Assembly: GCA_019118865.1 (NCBI GenBank)
Contig: DWYD01000181.1
Coordinates: forward strand, 431-64,430
Direction: 5' to 3'
DNA: 64,000 nt
Origin: Candidatus Coprenecus merdipullorum
GTDB lineage: Bacteria > Bacteroidota > Bacteroidia > Bacteroidales > UBA932
Below the pieces are notes generated by a model. The model searched no databases. It saw only the letters and a list, made by a program, of their open reading frames with translations, and was not told the origin of the DNA. Positions 1 to 9,139 of the stretch are shown piece by piece. Numbering within the stretch: the first letter of the stretch is position 1; every line of letters starts with the position of its first letter. The position numbers and the translations under genes were made by a program.

Positions 1-180
1 ATGCACAGATACGCATTCATGGCCGTAGCCCCTTTCGCCGGCATGGAGGTATCCCTGACCCCGAAACTCAGCCTGGTAGTCAAGGCCGACTGGCTCCTCA
101 ACGCCACAAGCCGCCAAAACGACTTCTCCAACGGTCTCAGGCTCTACGTCGGCATCCTCTTCAACCGCCTTCAGCACTGA
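1..180 (+). CDS. 3' end of an upstream gene (last 59 codons), possibly an outer-membrane beta-barrel protein
   Basis: Frame 1 is open from base 1 to TGA at 178-180. The alternating hydrophobic pattern (KLSLVVKADWLL, GLRLYVGILF) resembles terminal beta-strands. The 5' end is outside the window. Confidence 0.3.
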   Translation: MHRYAFMAVAPFAGMEVSLTPKLSLVVKADWLLNATSRQNDFSNGLRLYVGILFNRLQH

Positions 181-194
181 GGTCGTCCAGACTC

Positions 195-297
195 GCGAAC
201 TCTTGCCAGAACCGGCTTTTTTAACTACTTTTGGCAAGCTTTAATATGCGAACTCTTGCCAAAACCAACTTTTTTTACTACTTTTGGCAAGCTTAAT
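195..297. repeat. Tandem direct repeat (2 units, period 53 bp), each unit containing a 10-bp inverted repeat
   Basis: Unit 1 is 195-245 and unit 2 is 248-297. Both read GCGAACTCTTGCCA(G/A)AACC...ACTACTTTTGGCAAGCTT. The arms CTTGCCARAA / TTTTGGCAAG flank a T-rich loop of about 17 nt. Confidence 0.8.
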
Positions 298-305
298 CTG
301 ATATT

Positions 306-1745
306 ATGACGGAAATAATAGGAAGAGATTTTGAACAGTCGGCTCTTAATAGCCTGTACTACAGTGGAAAAAGTGAATTTATCGCGATCTATGGAAGACG
401 ACGGATCGGGAAGACTTTCCTGATAAGAGAAATGTTCAAGGACAGATTCGCATTCTACCACACAGGGCTTTCGCCTTTTGAGTTAAACGGCAAGAAACTG
501 CTGTCCGAACAATTACGCAACTTCACATTGTCACTGGCGCGTTACGGTTCAGGAAACACCACTGCTCCTTCCAACTGGATAGAAGCATTCAATCTACTGA
601 TTGAATTACTGGAAAGCAAGGGAAAAGAAACCAGACAGGTTGTTTTCCTGGACGAAGTACCGTGGATGGATACTCATCGCTCAGGCTTTATAACCGCCTT
701 GGAACATTTCTGGAACGGATGGGGTGCAGGACAGGACAATCTTATGCTGATTGTATGCGGCTCTGCCACCTCATGGATCAACGACAATCTGATAAACAAT
801 ACAGGAGGACTTTACGGACGTCTCACCAAGCAGATTTGCCTGTCTCCGATGACATTGGCAGAGACTGAAAAACTGTTTCGGCTCAATCAGGTCGAAATAG
901 ACCGGTACGATATCGTACAAAGCTGGATGATATTCGGGGGCATCCCTTATTACCTGAACTCCTTGACAAAGGAACGGAGCCTGGCCCAGAATGTGGATTA
1001 TCTTTTATTCAGACACGGCTCTGAATTATCAAATGAGTTTGACAGGCTGTTCAACTCACTGTTCGTAAATCCGGAAGACTACAAACACATCGTAAGGTTC
1101 CTGTCAACCTCAAGCAACGGTTATACCAGAGAGGAAATAGCGGCAAAGGCCCCGTCATCAGGCGGAGGTCTCACTAAAATACTCAGAATCCTGAGAGAGA
1201 ACGGTTTCATATCCGCGTTCCAGGACTTTTCCGGACGCTCAAGGGATCTGCGGTACAGACTGACAGACCCTTTCTGCCTGTTTTATCTCAAATTCATAGA
1301 CGGTCACAAGACCAACGATGAAGCGTTCTGGGAAAACAGTCTGTTTTCCCCAGGCATCAACGCCTGGAGAGGTCTTGCTTTTGAAAATGTCTGTTTCGCA
1401 CATATCCGTCAGATCAAATCGGCACTTGGAATATCCGGAGTACACACAGAAACGTTTTCCTGGACATTCAAAGGGGATGAGACACACGACGGCACACAGA
1501 TTGACATGCTGATAGACCGGGCAGACAGAATCATAAACCTGTGCGAAATCAAATTCAGTCTATCCGAATATACTGTCACAAAAGACTACGACCGTAAGTT
1601 GAGAGACCGCCTTCAGACATTCCTTGATGTTGCCCGCCCTAAAAAGGCCATTCATCAGACATTCATCACAACGTATGGTCTACGGAGCAACGAATACGCC
1701 GGAAAGATTCAGAGTATCATAACAATGGAAGATCTCTTCCGATAG
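306..1745 (+). CDS. AAA-type ATPase (archaeal-ATPase / DUF234-like ATP-binding protein)
   Basis: 479-aa ORF. Walker A is YGRRRIGKTFL and a Walker B-like VVFLDEVPWM follows. The C-terminal region is typical of DUF234-type proteins (recognised by eye). Confidence 0.8.
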   Translation: MTEIIGRDFEQSALNSLYYSGKSEFIAIYGRRRIGKTFLIREMFKDRFAFYHTGLSPFELNGKKLLSEQLRNFTLSLARYGSGNTTAPSNWIEAFNLLIELLESKGKETRQVVFLDEVPWMDTHRSGFITALEHFWNGWGAGQDNLMLIVCGSATSWINDNLINNTGGLYGRLTKQICLSPMTLAETEKLFRLNQVEIDRYDIVQSWMIFGGIPYYLNSLTKERSLAQNVDYLLFRHGSELSNEFDRLFNSLFVNPEDYKHIVRFLSTSSNGYTREEIAAKAPSSGGGLTKILRILRENGFISAFQDFSGRSRDLRYRLTDPFCLFYLKFIDGHKTNDEAFWENSLFSPGINAWRGLAFENVCFAHIRQIKSALGISGVHTETFSWTFKGDETHDGTQIDMLIDRADRIINLCEIKFSLSEYTVTKDYDRKLRDRLQTFLDVARPKKAIHQTFITTYGLRSNEYAGKIQSIITMEDLFR

Positions 1746-1819
1746 GTGCACGGCATATACGGCACAAAGAATTTTTACATTTTATGTACTTTGTGATACA
1801 AGGTAATAAAAATTTTACA

Positions 1820-1827
1820 TATATTTG
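1820..1827 (+). promoter_or_regulatory. Putative Bacteroidota -7 promoter box (TATATTTG)
   Basis: Matches TAnnTTTG, 38 nt upstream of the ATG at 1865, in an AT-rich intergenic region. Confidence 0.35.
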
Positions 1828-1864
1828 CATTGCAGAATAATCAACACACCACAATAGTAAAGTT

Positions 1865-2476
1865 ATGAAACAAGTTCTCAATGTAGGTATCGGAGGCCGC
1901 AGCTTCGTCATCGACGAGGACGCCTTCGACCGTCTCAACTCCTATCTCAACGCATTCCGCTCCAAGACCGGCATGGGCTACCAGACCAAAGAGGTCATGG
2001 ACGACCTGGAAATGCGTATCGCTGAGATCTTCACCGAATCCATGTCCTCCCGTCAGGAGGTCGTGGATATCTCTCTCGTAGAGCGGGTCATCGCCCAGCT
2101 CGGTATGCCCGACGGCTCGGAAATACCGGGAGACGCCGGCTTCGGCAGTTCAGGAGGAAGCGGCACCGCCGGCTCGGGCGACTACTGGCACTCCGGCCGT
2201 GAGAGCCGCCCGCTCAGGAAGCTCTACCGCGACAAGGACCACCACGTCATAGGCGGTGTAGCATCCGGCCTGGCCTGCTACTTCGACGTGGACGTACTGG
2301 TCATCCGCATTCTGTTTGTCTGCCTCTTCCTCTTCGGCTCCTTCGGGGGCTGGATCTACCTCATCCTCTGGATAGCCGTCCCGGCCGCCCGTACCAGCGC
2401 GGAGAAATGCCGGATGCACGGTCTCCCGGTCACGGCCGAGAATATGCGCAGATTCTACAACACTGAAAATCATTAG
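1865..2476 (+). CDS. PspC domain-containing membrane protein (short paralog)
   Basis: The PspC-like segment is RDKDHHVIGGVASGLACYFDVDVLVIRILFV, followed by a transmembrane helix. The N-terminal domain is similar to that of the 2857-4377 product. Confidence 0.8.
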   Translation: MKQVLNVGIGGRSFVIDEDAFDRLNSYLNAFRSKTGMGYQTKEVMDDLEMRIAEIFTESMSSRQEVVDISLVERVIAQLGMPDGSEIPGDAGFGSSGGSGTAGSGDYWHSGRESRPLRKLYRDKDHHVIGGVASGLACYFDVDVLVIRILFVCLFLFGSFGGWIYLILWIAVPAARTSAEKCRMHGLPVTAENMRRFYNTENH

Positions 2477-2487
2477 GAGGTACCGTC

Positions 2488-2826
2488 ATGGATGTAATGA
2501 ACAACGTAGAGAACGTAAAGACCCAGATGCGCCGAGGAGTCCTCGAATACTGCATTCTCAGTATCCTCAGCAAGAAGGACTCCTACGCCTCCTCCATCCT
2601 CTCGGAGCTCAAGGAAGCCCGGATGATAGTGGTCGAGGGCACCATCTATCCCCTGCTGATCCGTCAGAAGAACCAGGGACTGCTCACTTACCGCTGGGAA
2701 GAGTCTCCCCAGGGCCCGCCCCGCAAATACTACCAGATTACCGACAAGGGACGCCAGGCCCTCGCCGAGATGGACTCCGCCTGGCAGGAGATAGTGGAAA
2801 CCATCCGGCTTCTCAGGGACAGATAG
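2488..2826 (+). CDS. PadR family transcriptional regulator
   Basis: 112 aa with LEYCILSIL...GTIYPLLIRQKNQGLLTYRWEESPQGPPRKYYQITDKGRQAL, a classic PadR winged-helix signature. Confidence 0.9.
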   Translation: MDVMNNVENVKTQMRRGVLEYCILSILSKKDSYASSILSELKEARMIVVEGTIYPLLIRQKNQGLLTYRWEESPQGPPRKYYQITDKGRQALAEMDSAWQEIVETIRLLRDR

Positions 2827-2856
2827 ACGTTTTTAATTTTTTTAAAATTTATAAAA

Positions 2857-4377
2857 ATGCAAAAAGTAGTGAAAGTAAGCATCGCCAACATAGCGTTCAC
2901 CCTTGAGCAGGACGCGCATGAACTGATGCGGGACTATTTGGAACGGCTGCAGATACACTATGAAAGCAGCCCCAACTGCGGAGAGATTCTCTCCGAGATA
3001 GAGTCCAGGATAGCGGAGCTCCTGTCCGAAAGAGGATACCGGGACAAAGTAGTGCCGCCGGAGACCGTACAGGAGATCATCGACATCCTGGGACGTCCTG
3101 AGGATTTCGACTCAGAAGCCGAAAGCGGAGAACAGCCCCGGAACAAGAAGAGAGTGTTCCGCGACCCGGACAATAAAATCCTTGGAGGCGTATGCGGAGG
3201 TCTCGGAGCATATTTTTCCGTAGACCCCTTGATATTCCGTATCGCCTTCGCTGTCTGGGTATTCTTCTTTTTCTGGCTGGAGGTTTTCGCGGACTGGGGC
3301 TGGGGCATGTCGGTATTAGGCATGTTCGCATACGTCATTCTGTGGATTTCAATGCCCGAGGCCCGCACGGTCGAGCAGCGCTACAACATGAAGGGAGGCT
3401 CCGTATCCCTGAAGAATATACAGAAAACCGTGGAAAAAGAGGCTAAGGATGTCAGCAGAAAGGTAAGCAGAGGCGTGAAGGAAGGCGTAAGGAGCACCGG
3501 CGGCTTCTGGAAGGCCTTGGGAAGATGTTTCGGCATCATATTCGGCGCACTGTTTTTCCTCACCGGCATGGCCGGCTGCGCCGCCTCGCTCCTGGCAGTC
3601 TTCGGCATCGGCATCTGGAACGGACTGCACGCATTCGGAACATCGTGGTTCCTCTCCGTGATTACCGACGCCCCCGCATGGGTATCCGTACTGATATCCG
3701 TCCTTACCTGCATCACCGTCATCCTGCCGTTCATAGGTCTGCTGTACGCCGGTATCCTTATACTCTTCAGGCTAAAGTCTCCGAGATGGAAACCGGGGCT
3801 CATCATCTTCATTGTCTGGGTAGTGTCGCTGCTGGGTCTTATCGGAGTATCCGCAGGCAGCCTGTCGACCGTCAGGAGTATGGACTGCTCTATCCATGAA
3901 AGCCGGCTGCCCGTCAGGGACACCCTGTTCATAGAATTCGCCGGATGCTCTCAATGGAAGGATTTCGATGTCCTCGTCGATGCCGGCCGCAACAGCTATG
4001 ACCTGCTCTACATGGGCAGGAACGGTTCCGACCCCTGCCTTGTAATCTATCCTGACCTGTATGTCGGCACCACCAGAGACTCCGTCTCCAAGGTCGTTTC
4101 CTATGCCAAGTATGTGACCGAGGGCATGAACCTGAATGACTTGACCGAGAAGAAAAGCAGCAAGTTCTGGAGTTTCGACGCTGACAGCCGCACACTGAGG
4201 ATAGAGCCGATTATCTTCTCGTCCGATATCCGTACTACGGACATTAACCGGCAGATGCGTGTCTTCCTCAAAAAAGGTACCTGCGTGATTGTCCGGGAAC
4301 CGGTCCGGCACGAGTTCGACAGCAACTTCGAATACTGCTCCAGCCGGTTCCTCAAGATAGTAGAGGAATTAAGGTAA
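2857..4377 (+). CDS. PspC domain-containing multi-pass membrane protein (long paralog)
   Basis: The PspC segment is RDPDNKILGGVCGGLGAYFSVDPLIFRIAFAVW. Several hydrophobic helices follow, then a C-terminal soluble domain of about 170 aa. Confidence 0.8.
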   Translation: MQKVVKVSIANIAFTLEQDAHELMRDYLERLQIHYESSPNCGEILSEIESRIAELLSERGYRDKVVPPETVQEIIDILGRPEDFDSEAESGEQPRNKKRVFRDPDNKILGGVCGGLGAYFSVDPLIFRIAFAVWVFFFFWLEVFADWGWGMSVLGMFAYVILWISMPEARTVEQRYNMKGGSVSLKNIQKTVEKEAKDVSRKVSRGVKEGVRSTGGFWKALGRCFGIIFGALFFLTGMAGCAASLLAVFGIGIWNGLHAFGTSWFLSVITDAPAWVSVLISVLTCITVILPFIGLLYAGILILFRLKSPRWKPGLIIFIVWVVSLLGLIGVSAGSLSTVRSMDCSIHESRLPVRDTLFIEFAGCSQWKDFDVLVDAGRNSYDLLYMGRNGSDPCLVIYPDLYVGTTRDSVSKVVSYAKYVTEGMNLNDLTEKKSSKFWSFDADSRTLRIEPIIFSSDIRTTDINRQMRVFLKKGTCVIVREPVRHEFDSNFEYCSSRFLKIVEELR

Positions 4378-4401
4378 ACATTTCCCCCGATATATGAGAA
4401 T

Positions 4402-4446
4402 AAAAAAGCCTGCCTCACACCGTCCGGTGTGGGGCAGACCTATTTT
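4402..4446. terminator. Bidirectional rho-independent terminator between convergent genes
   Basis: 12-bp stem 4410-4421 / 4426-4437 (one G-T pair) with a 4-nt loop. An A-run lies upstream and a T-run downstream, so it can serve both strands. Confidence 0.55.
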
Positions 4447-4462
4447 CCAGGGCCTTGTCCGT

Positions 4463-4819
4463 CTACTCAGCAGGAGTCTCTACAGGCTCAACGGGAGCAG
4501 CCTCATCTCCAGGAAGCGCAGAGGGGAACTCAGGAGCACCAGTGCTGGTACCGGTCTGCTCCAGACGCTGAAGAACAGCATTGTCAGCCTGTCTTCTAGA
4601 AGGAGTAAAAGCTGTGGCCAGGATACAGAGGGCCAGTATGATGATGGCCAATGTCCAGGTTGCTTTCTCCAGGAAGTCAGCTGTCTGGCGCACGCCGAAT
4701 GTCTGGTTGCCGGCTGCGAAGTTGGCGGCAAGTCCGCCACCCTTTGAGTTCTGAATCAGTACTACGAAGGTGAGCAGAAGGCTCGCGATGATAATCAAAA
4801 TCAAAATTGCTATAAACAT
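4463..4819 (-). CDS. secG: Preprotein translocase subunit SecG
   Basis: MFIAILILIIIASLLLTFVVLIQNSKGGGLAANF... is a typical SecG N-terminus, with a second transmembrane helix. Confidence 0.9.
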   Translation of the reverse strand: MFIAILILIIIASLLLTFVVLIQNSKGGGLAANFAAGNQTFGVRQTADFLEKATWTLAIIILALCILATAFTPSRRQADNAVLQRLEQTGTSTGAPEFPSALPGDEAAPVEPVETPAE

Positions 4820-4823
4820 AACT

Positions 4824-5495
4824 CTACAAATGTTTCTTTATATCGTTTTTAAGGGCTGCAAAGTAAGCACTTTTTTCCGGATATAGCAAAATAAGTTTCT
4901 CATAAACCTCATTTGCCCTGTCATATAATTCCTGATCGGCATAAATCCGGGCCAGTGTCTCGGTATAATATGCCTCGTCGGTAAATTCCGAACTGTCTTC
5001 TTCCCGCAGAGGGGAATGATTAATTTCAAGCGATGTGAGATCTTGATTCTGAACACTTTTAAGATCCTCAGACATAAAATAATCTCCACCGACAACATAT
5101 ATTTCCCTATGACTTACGACATCCGCGGGAGCATCCACGTATGTCGTTGCACCGGCATCTACGACAACCTGAGGCATATCCACGGCTGTTCCTGCAATAC
5201 CGGAGGCACTGGCGCTCTCCTCTCCTGAAACCGGTCCGGAAAGATCAAGCTCATACACCTGCTGCTCCACATCTTCTGCCACAGCCGCAGACGAAAGTAC
5301 ATATCCCTGCCTGAACACACTGTAATCAGGATACAGATATAAAACCGTTCTTCGAAGAGCATCCCTGCGATACTCCTCGCCCATCGCCGACATTTTAAGG
5401 AACAGCTCCTTGCGTGCGATAGAGAACCAAGGACATGCGTCCAGAAGCTTTTCAAGCTCGGAAATCTGATACCCTTTTAAACTGAACTCTTCCAT
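4824..5495 (-). CDS. Conserved hypothetical protein (TPR-like C-terminus) between lptE and secG
   Basis: Open frame. The ATG at 5495 (MEEFSLKGY) lies 14 nt after the lptE stop, so the longer TTG-start version in the ORF track is probably an over-extension. Confidence 0.55.
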   Translation of the reverse strand: MEEFSLKGYQISELEKLLDACPWFSIARKELFLKMSAMGEEYRRDALRRTVLYLYPDYSVFRQGYVLSSAAVAEDVEQQVYELDLSGPVSGEESASASGIAGTAVDMPQVVVDAGATTYVDAPADVVSHREIYVVGGDYFMSEDLKSVQNQDLTSLEINHSPLREEDSSEFTDEAYYTETLARIYADQELYDRANEVYEKLILLYPEKSAYFAALKNDIKKHL

Positions 5496-5509
5496 AACGT
5501 CAGCAACGC

Positions 5510-6022
5510 TTACCAATTCGCCACTGTAGCATTGAAAATATTCTCCACCAGGACGTCAATGATCTCGTCACATAATGAAGCCTCGACTGCATCTAGCAAC
5601 TGATTGGAATCATAATCGGCATACGCCGAGAATGACTTTTCAAAATCTTCCTCTGGATGCAGGCGGTTGGTGAAATAGATTTTGACAGTAACTGTCAGAC
5701 GGTTCTGCGAAGCCACCTCGTCTGCCGTTACCGCCATAGGACGGGTGTCATAGCCTGTAATCTCCCCCGACACATTCATATCCCCGTTCTCTGGAAGAAT
5801 ATCCAGACTTGTCAGCCTTCTGTACTGATCGATAAGAGCATCGGAGAGATTTGTGGCCAGCGTAGGATTGACCTTCAGAGCATTGTTCTGAAAATACTCC
5901 ACGGCGATACTCTTGACATCCGGCTGAATGGAAGTGCCCGAGAATGAATATATGCCACATCCTGAAACCGCCGCAAGTGCCCCCGCCACCACAACTGCTG
6001 TTATAATTCTCATCATCTTCAT
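5510..6022 (-). CDS. lptE: LptE-like lipoprotein (LPS assembly)
   Basis: Lipobox AAVSGC is followed by YSFSGTSIQPDVKSIAVEYFQN. Size and position next to secG are as in other Bacteroidota (recollection). Confidence 0.65.
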   Translation of the reverse strand: MKMMRIITAVVVAGALAAVSGCGIYSFSGTSIQPDVKSIAVEYFQNNALKVNPTLATNLSDALIDQYRRLTSLDILPENGDMNVSGEITGYDTRPMAVTADEVASQNRLTVTVKIYFTNRLHPEEDFEKSFSAYADYDSNQLLDAVEASLCDEIIDVLVENIFNATVANW

Positions 6023-7277
6023 TTATCATTTATTTTCAATTCTTTAATCTTTCGGTAAAGAGTACGTTCGGAAATGCCCAGCTCGGCCGCCGCGGCCTTT
6101 CTTCTCCCCTCGTGCTTCTCCAGTGCCCTGCGGATCATATCATCGCTGACATCCTGAATGGTACGTGGCGCCTCATCCTTTACCCGTTCAGGTTCCACCA
6201 CCTCTGCAGCAGGGACTGTTATGGAATAATCATGTTGTAGCTTGTGCGGAAAATCCGGAACATCCGACACCTTCACGGGCAATACATGCTGTTCATCGGG
6301 GACAGTTCTGACTGCTGCCGGAGCATCTACGACTCTGGAGCCAGACAGCATGGATTTCAGGTCATCTACTTCTTCCCTCAACTGGAACAGCATCTTGAAA
6401 ATAATGTCACGGTCCTGTATATTGCCCGCCGTACCGCTGTCACAGCCCCGCACGGAAGCTGATTGGGGTCATCCGCCGGAAGATACCGGGCCAGCACTTC
6501 CGGAGAAATCTGACGGTTGTTCTCCAGGACGGATATCTGTTCGGCCACATTCTTGAGCTGACGGATATTGCCCGGCCACCGATAGGATTCCAGCAGCGCT
6601 CTTGCCTCCGGGGTAAGACGGACGGCCGGCATCTTGTATTTATCCGCGAAATCAAGTGCAAATTTCATAAATAGCAGATGAATATCTCCCTTACGCTCAC
6701 GAAGTGGAGGTATGGAAATAGGAACTGCATTGAGACGATAGTACAAATCTTCACGGAAACGTCCGTTGCGGATAGCATGCATGAAATTTACATTTGATGC
6801 AGCAATCACACGGACATCCGTCTTCTGAGTCTTGGAAGAACCCACGCGGATGAATTCTCCCGTTTCCAGCACCCTCAGCAGGCGGACCTGTGTTGACAAC
6901 GGCAGCTCTCCCACCTCATCCAAAAAAATAGTTCCCTTGTCAGCGACCTCGAAATATCCTTTGCGCGCCTCATTGGCCCCTGTAAAGGAACCTTTCTCAT
7001 GTCCGAAAAGCTCAGACTCGATAGTCCCCTCAGGGATAGCTCCGCAGTTTATGGCTATATAGGTATTGTGCTTCCGTGGACTGAAAGCATGGATAATCTT
7101 AGGAATCACTTCCTTACCCACCCCGCTCTCCCCTGTAATCAGCACGGACAGGTTGGTTCCGGCGATCTGTATCGCTGTATCTATGGCATTGTTCAGCCTC
7201 GGGTCATTGCCGATAATTCCGAAGCGGTTTTTGATTTCATTAAGTTCCATGTCTGCAAAGTTATCATTTTTTGGCAT
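6019..7277 (-). pseudogene. Sigma-54-dependent Fis-family activator (no receiver domain), split by a 1-nt frameshift
   Basis: The AAA+ sigma-54 interaction domain (GESGVGKE, GAFTGA-like GSFTGA) is in the frame ending at 6378. The Fis-type HTH (AAAELGISERTLYRKIKEL) is in the frame of 6019-6453. The total span is 1259 nt, which is not a multiple of 3. Confidence 0.75.
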
Positions 7278-7295
7278 GAAAAGTCAAATAATTAT

Positions 7296-7303
7296 TATAT
7301 TTG
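7296..7303 (+). promoter_or_regulatory. Putative -7 promoter box (TATATTTG)
   Basis: TAnnTTTG match 49 nt upstream of the ATG at 7352. Confidence 0.35.
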
Positions 7304-7351
7304 CGTTTACTTTAGAAATTAAAGACGATAACAATTTTTAAAATATCTGAA

Positions 7352-9010
7352 ATGAAAAAGATTTTTAACGTACTCATGATTGCCGCAGCCGGCCTGTTCG
7401 TCGCCACCTCCTGCGGTAGCCCAAAGAAAATGGCGGAAAGCGCCGATGAAGTATCTGTCAGCTGCAATCCCCAGGTTCTCGAAGTGATTGCCGGCAACAT
7501 CAAGGCAGATGTCACCGTTACATTCCCCGAGGACTTCTTCCACCCCAAAGCTGTTGTTGAGGCAGTACCCGTATTGGTATACAATGGCGGCGAGGCCGCT
7601 CTTGATCCTGTTATGCTCCAGGGCGAGGACGTAACCGAGAACTATCAGGTCGTTCCCAAGCTCGGCGGCACAGTCAGCAAGACTTTTGAGTTCGAATATG
7701 CAGAAGGTATGGAGAACTCTCACCTCGAACTGAGGATGACCGTTATCCACAAGGATAAGAGAATCCCCTTCACAGCTCCCTACAAGGTCGCTGACGGAGC
7801 CAACACTACTTATATGCTGGTAAAAACAAACGGAACCCTCGCCTATGCGCCCGATGCATACCAGGCCATCATCCCCGAGCAGAATGAGGCCCAGATTCTC
7901 TATCTGATCAACAGTGCCACAGTACGTCCCTCACAGCTTAAGAGCGATGAGATCAAGGATTTCCAGGAGTTCCTCAAGAACATCAAAGCCGATGAGCGCA
8001 GAGAGATTGTAAGCACCGACATCATTGCCTACGCTTCCCCTGACGGAAAAGAGGACTTCAACGCCAAGCTCTCCGAGCGCCGCGCCAAGACAGCCAGCGA
8101 TGCTTTCAACAAGAAAATCAACAATAAGGACATTGCCGTAGAGGCCAATGTAGTCACATCTAACATCGAGGAAGACTGGGACGGTTTCCAGGAGCTCGTA
8201 TCCAACTCCAGCATCGAGGACAAGGATCTCATCCTCCGCGTCCTTGAAATGTACAGCGATCCCGCCGTACGCGAAAGAGAGATCAAGAATATGTCCGCAG
8301 TCTACACTACTCTGAAGAAAGACATTCTCCCTGAACTCCGCCGCGCTAGATTTATCGCCAACGTTGAGTTCACCAATTACACCAATGATGAGCTTATCGC
8401 ACTCGTAAACGACAACATCGAGATTCTGGACGAGGAGGCTCTTCTCCGTGCAGGTTCCCTGCTGAAGGATCCCGCTCAGAAAGCTGCAATATACATGAAG
8501 GCCATCGAGAAATTCAATAGCGACCGCGCCAGAATCAACCTCGGTGTAGCATACCTCGCCATGAACAACAACACTGAGGCTGCAAACGCACTCGCAAAGG
8601 TTTCCGATAAGAACAACGCATACTACAACAATGCAGCAGGCGTAATAGAGCTCCGCAAAGGAAACAATGATGCCGCTGCAGCTGCATTCAAGAAATCTTC
8701 CCTGAAAGAAGCTCAGTACAATCTGGCAGCTATAGAGATTCTCAACGGCAACTATGCTGATGCAGCCGCCAAGCTGAATGGTTCCAACCAGTTCAACGAG
8801 GCTCTTGCCGACATCCTCACCAATGATCTCGCAGCAGCCTCCAAGGTTCTCGGCGATGCCCAGTGCCAGTGCAAGAATTATCTGAAAGCCATCATCGCTG
8901 CCCGCCAGGGCAAAGCCGATGCCGCCAAGGCTGCCCTCAAGATTGCATCTGAGGACAAGGCTCTCGCAAAACGGGCTGAGAACGACATCGAGTTCGCAAA
9001 GATACGCTAA
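7352..9010 (+). CDS. Lipoprotein with an OmpA-like segment and C-terminal TPR-like repeats
   Basis: Signal plus lipobox (FVATSCG). An OmpA-like motif is IIAYASPDGKEDFNAKLSERRAKTASDAF. The C-terminal half is Ala-rich and helical-repeat. Confidence 0.7.
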   Translation: MKKIFNVLMIAAAGLFVATSCGSPKKMAESADEVSVSCNPQVLEVIAGNIKADVTVTFPEDFFHPKAVVEAVPVLVYNGGEAALDPVMLQGEDVTENYQVVPKLGGTVSKTFEFEYAEGMENSHLELRMTVIHKDKRIPFTAPYKVADGANTTYMLVKTNGTLAYAPDAYQAIIPEQNEAQILYLINSATVRPSQLKSDEIKDFQEFLKNIKADERREIVSTDIIAYASPDGKEDFNAKLSERRAKTASDAFNKKINNKDIAVEANVVTSNIEEDWDGFQELVSNSSIEDKDLILRVLEMYSDPAVREREIKNMSAVYTTLKKDILPELRRARFIANVEFTNYTNDELIALVNDNIEILDEEALLRAGSLLKDPAQKAAIYMKAIEKFNSDRARINLGVAYLAMNNNTEAANALAKVSDKNNAYYNNAAGVIELRKGNNDAAAAAFKKSSLKEAQYNLAAIEILNGNYADAAAKLNGSNQFNEALADILTNDLAAASKVLGDAQCQCKNYLKAIIAARQGKADAAKAALKIASEDKALAKRAENDIEFAKIR

Positions 9011-9037
9011 CCGATGCTCTGCTTAGATTGATTTATC

Positions 9038-9077
9038 AAGGGTGATTAGGTCAAATACTTATCACCCTTTTTATTTT
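9038..9077 (+). terminator. Rho-independent terminator
   Basis: 9-bp stem AAGGGTGAT / ATCACCCTT (9038-9046 / 9061-9069) followed by TTTATTTT. Confidence 0.6.
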
Positions 9078-9139
9078 AAAACATCCTTAATCTACATTTA
9101 CACATCCTTACTAAAAGGAAGTTTTTATTCAAGCGGACA

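Noticed and set aside
195-297. CRISPR array
   Set aside because: There are only two repeat copies, separated by 2 bp with no spacers, and no cas genes in the window.
225-461. 78-aa minus-strand ORF overlapping the tandem repeats and the ATPase start
   Set aside because: It runs antisense through the ATPase N-terminus and through the repeat units. It shows no family resemblance and is most likely spurious.
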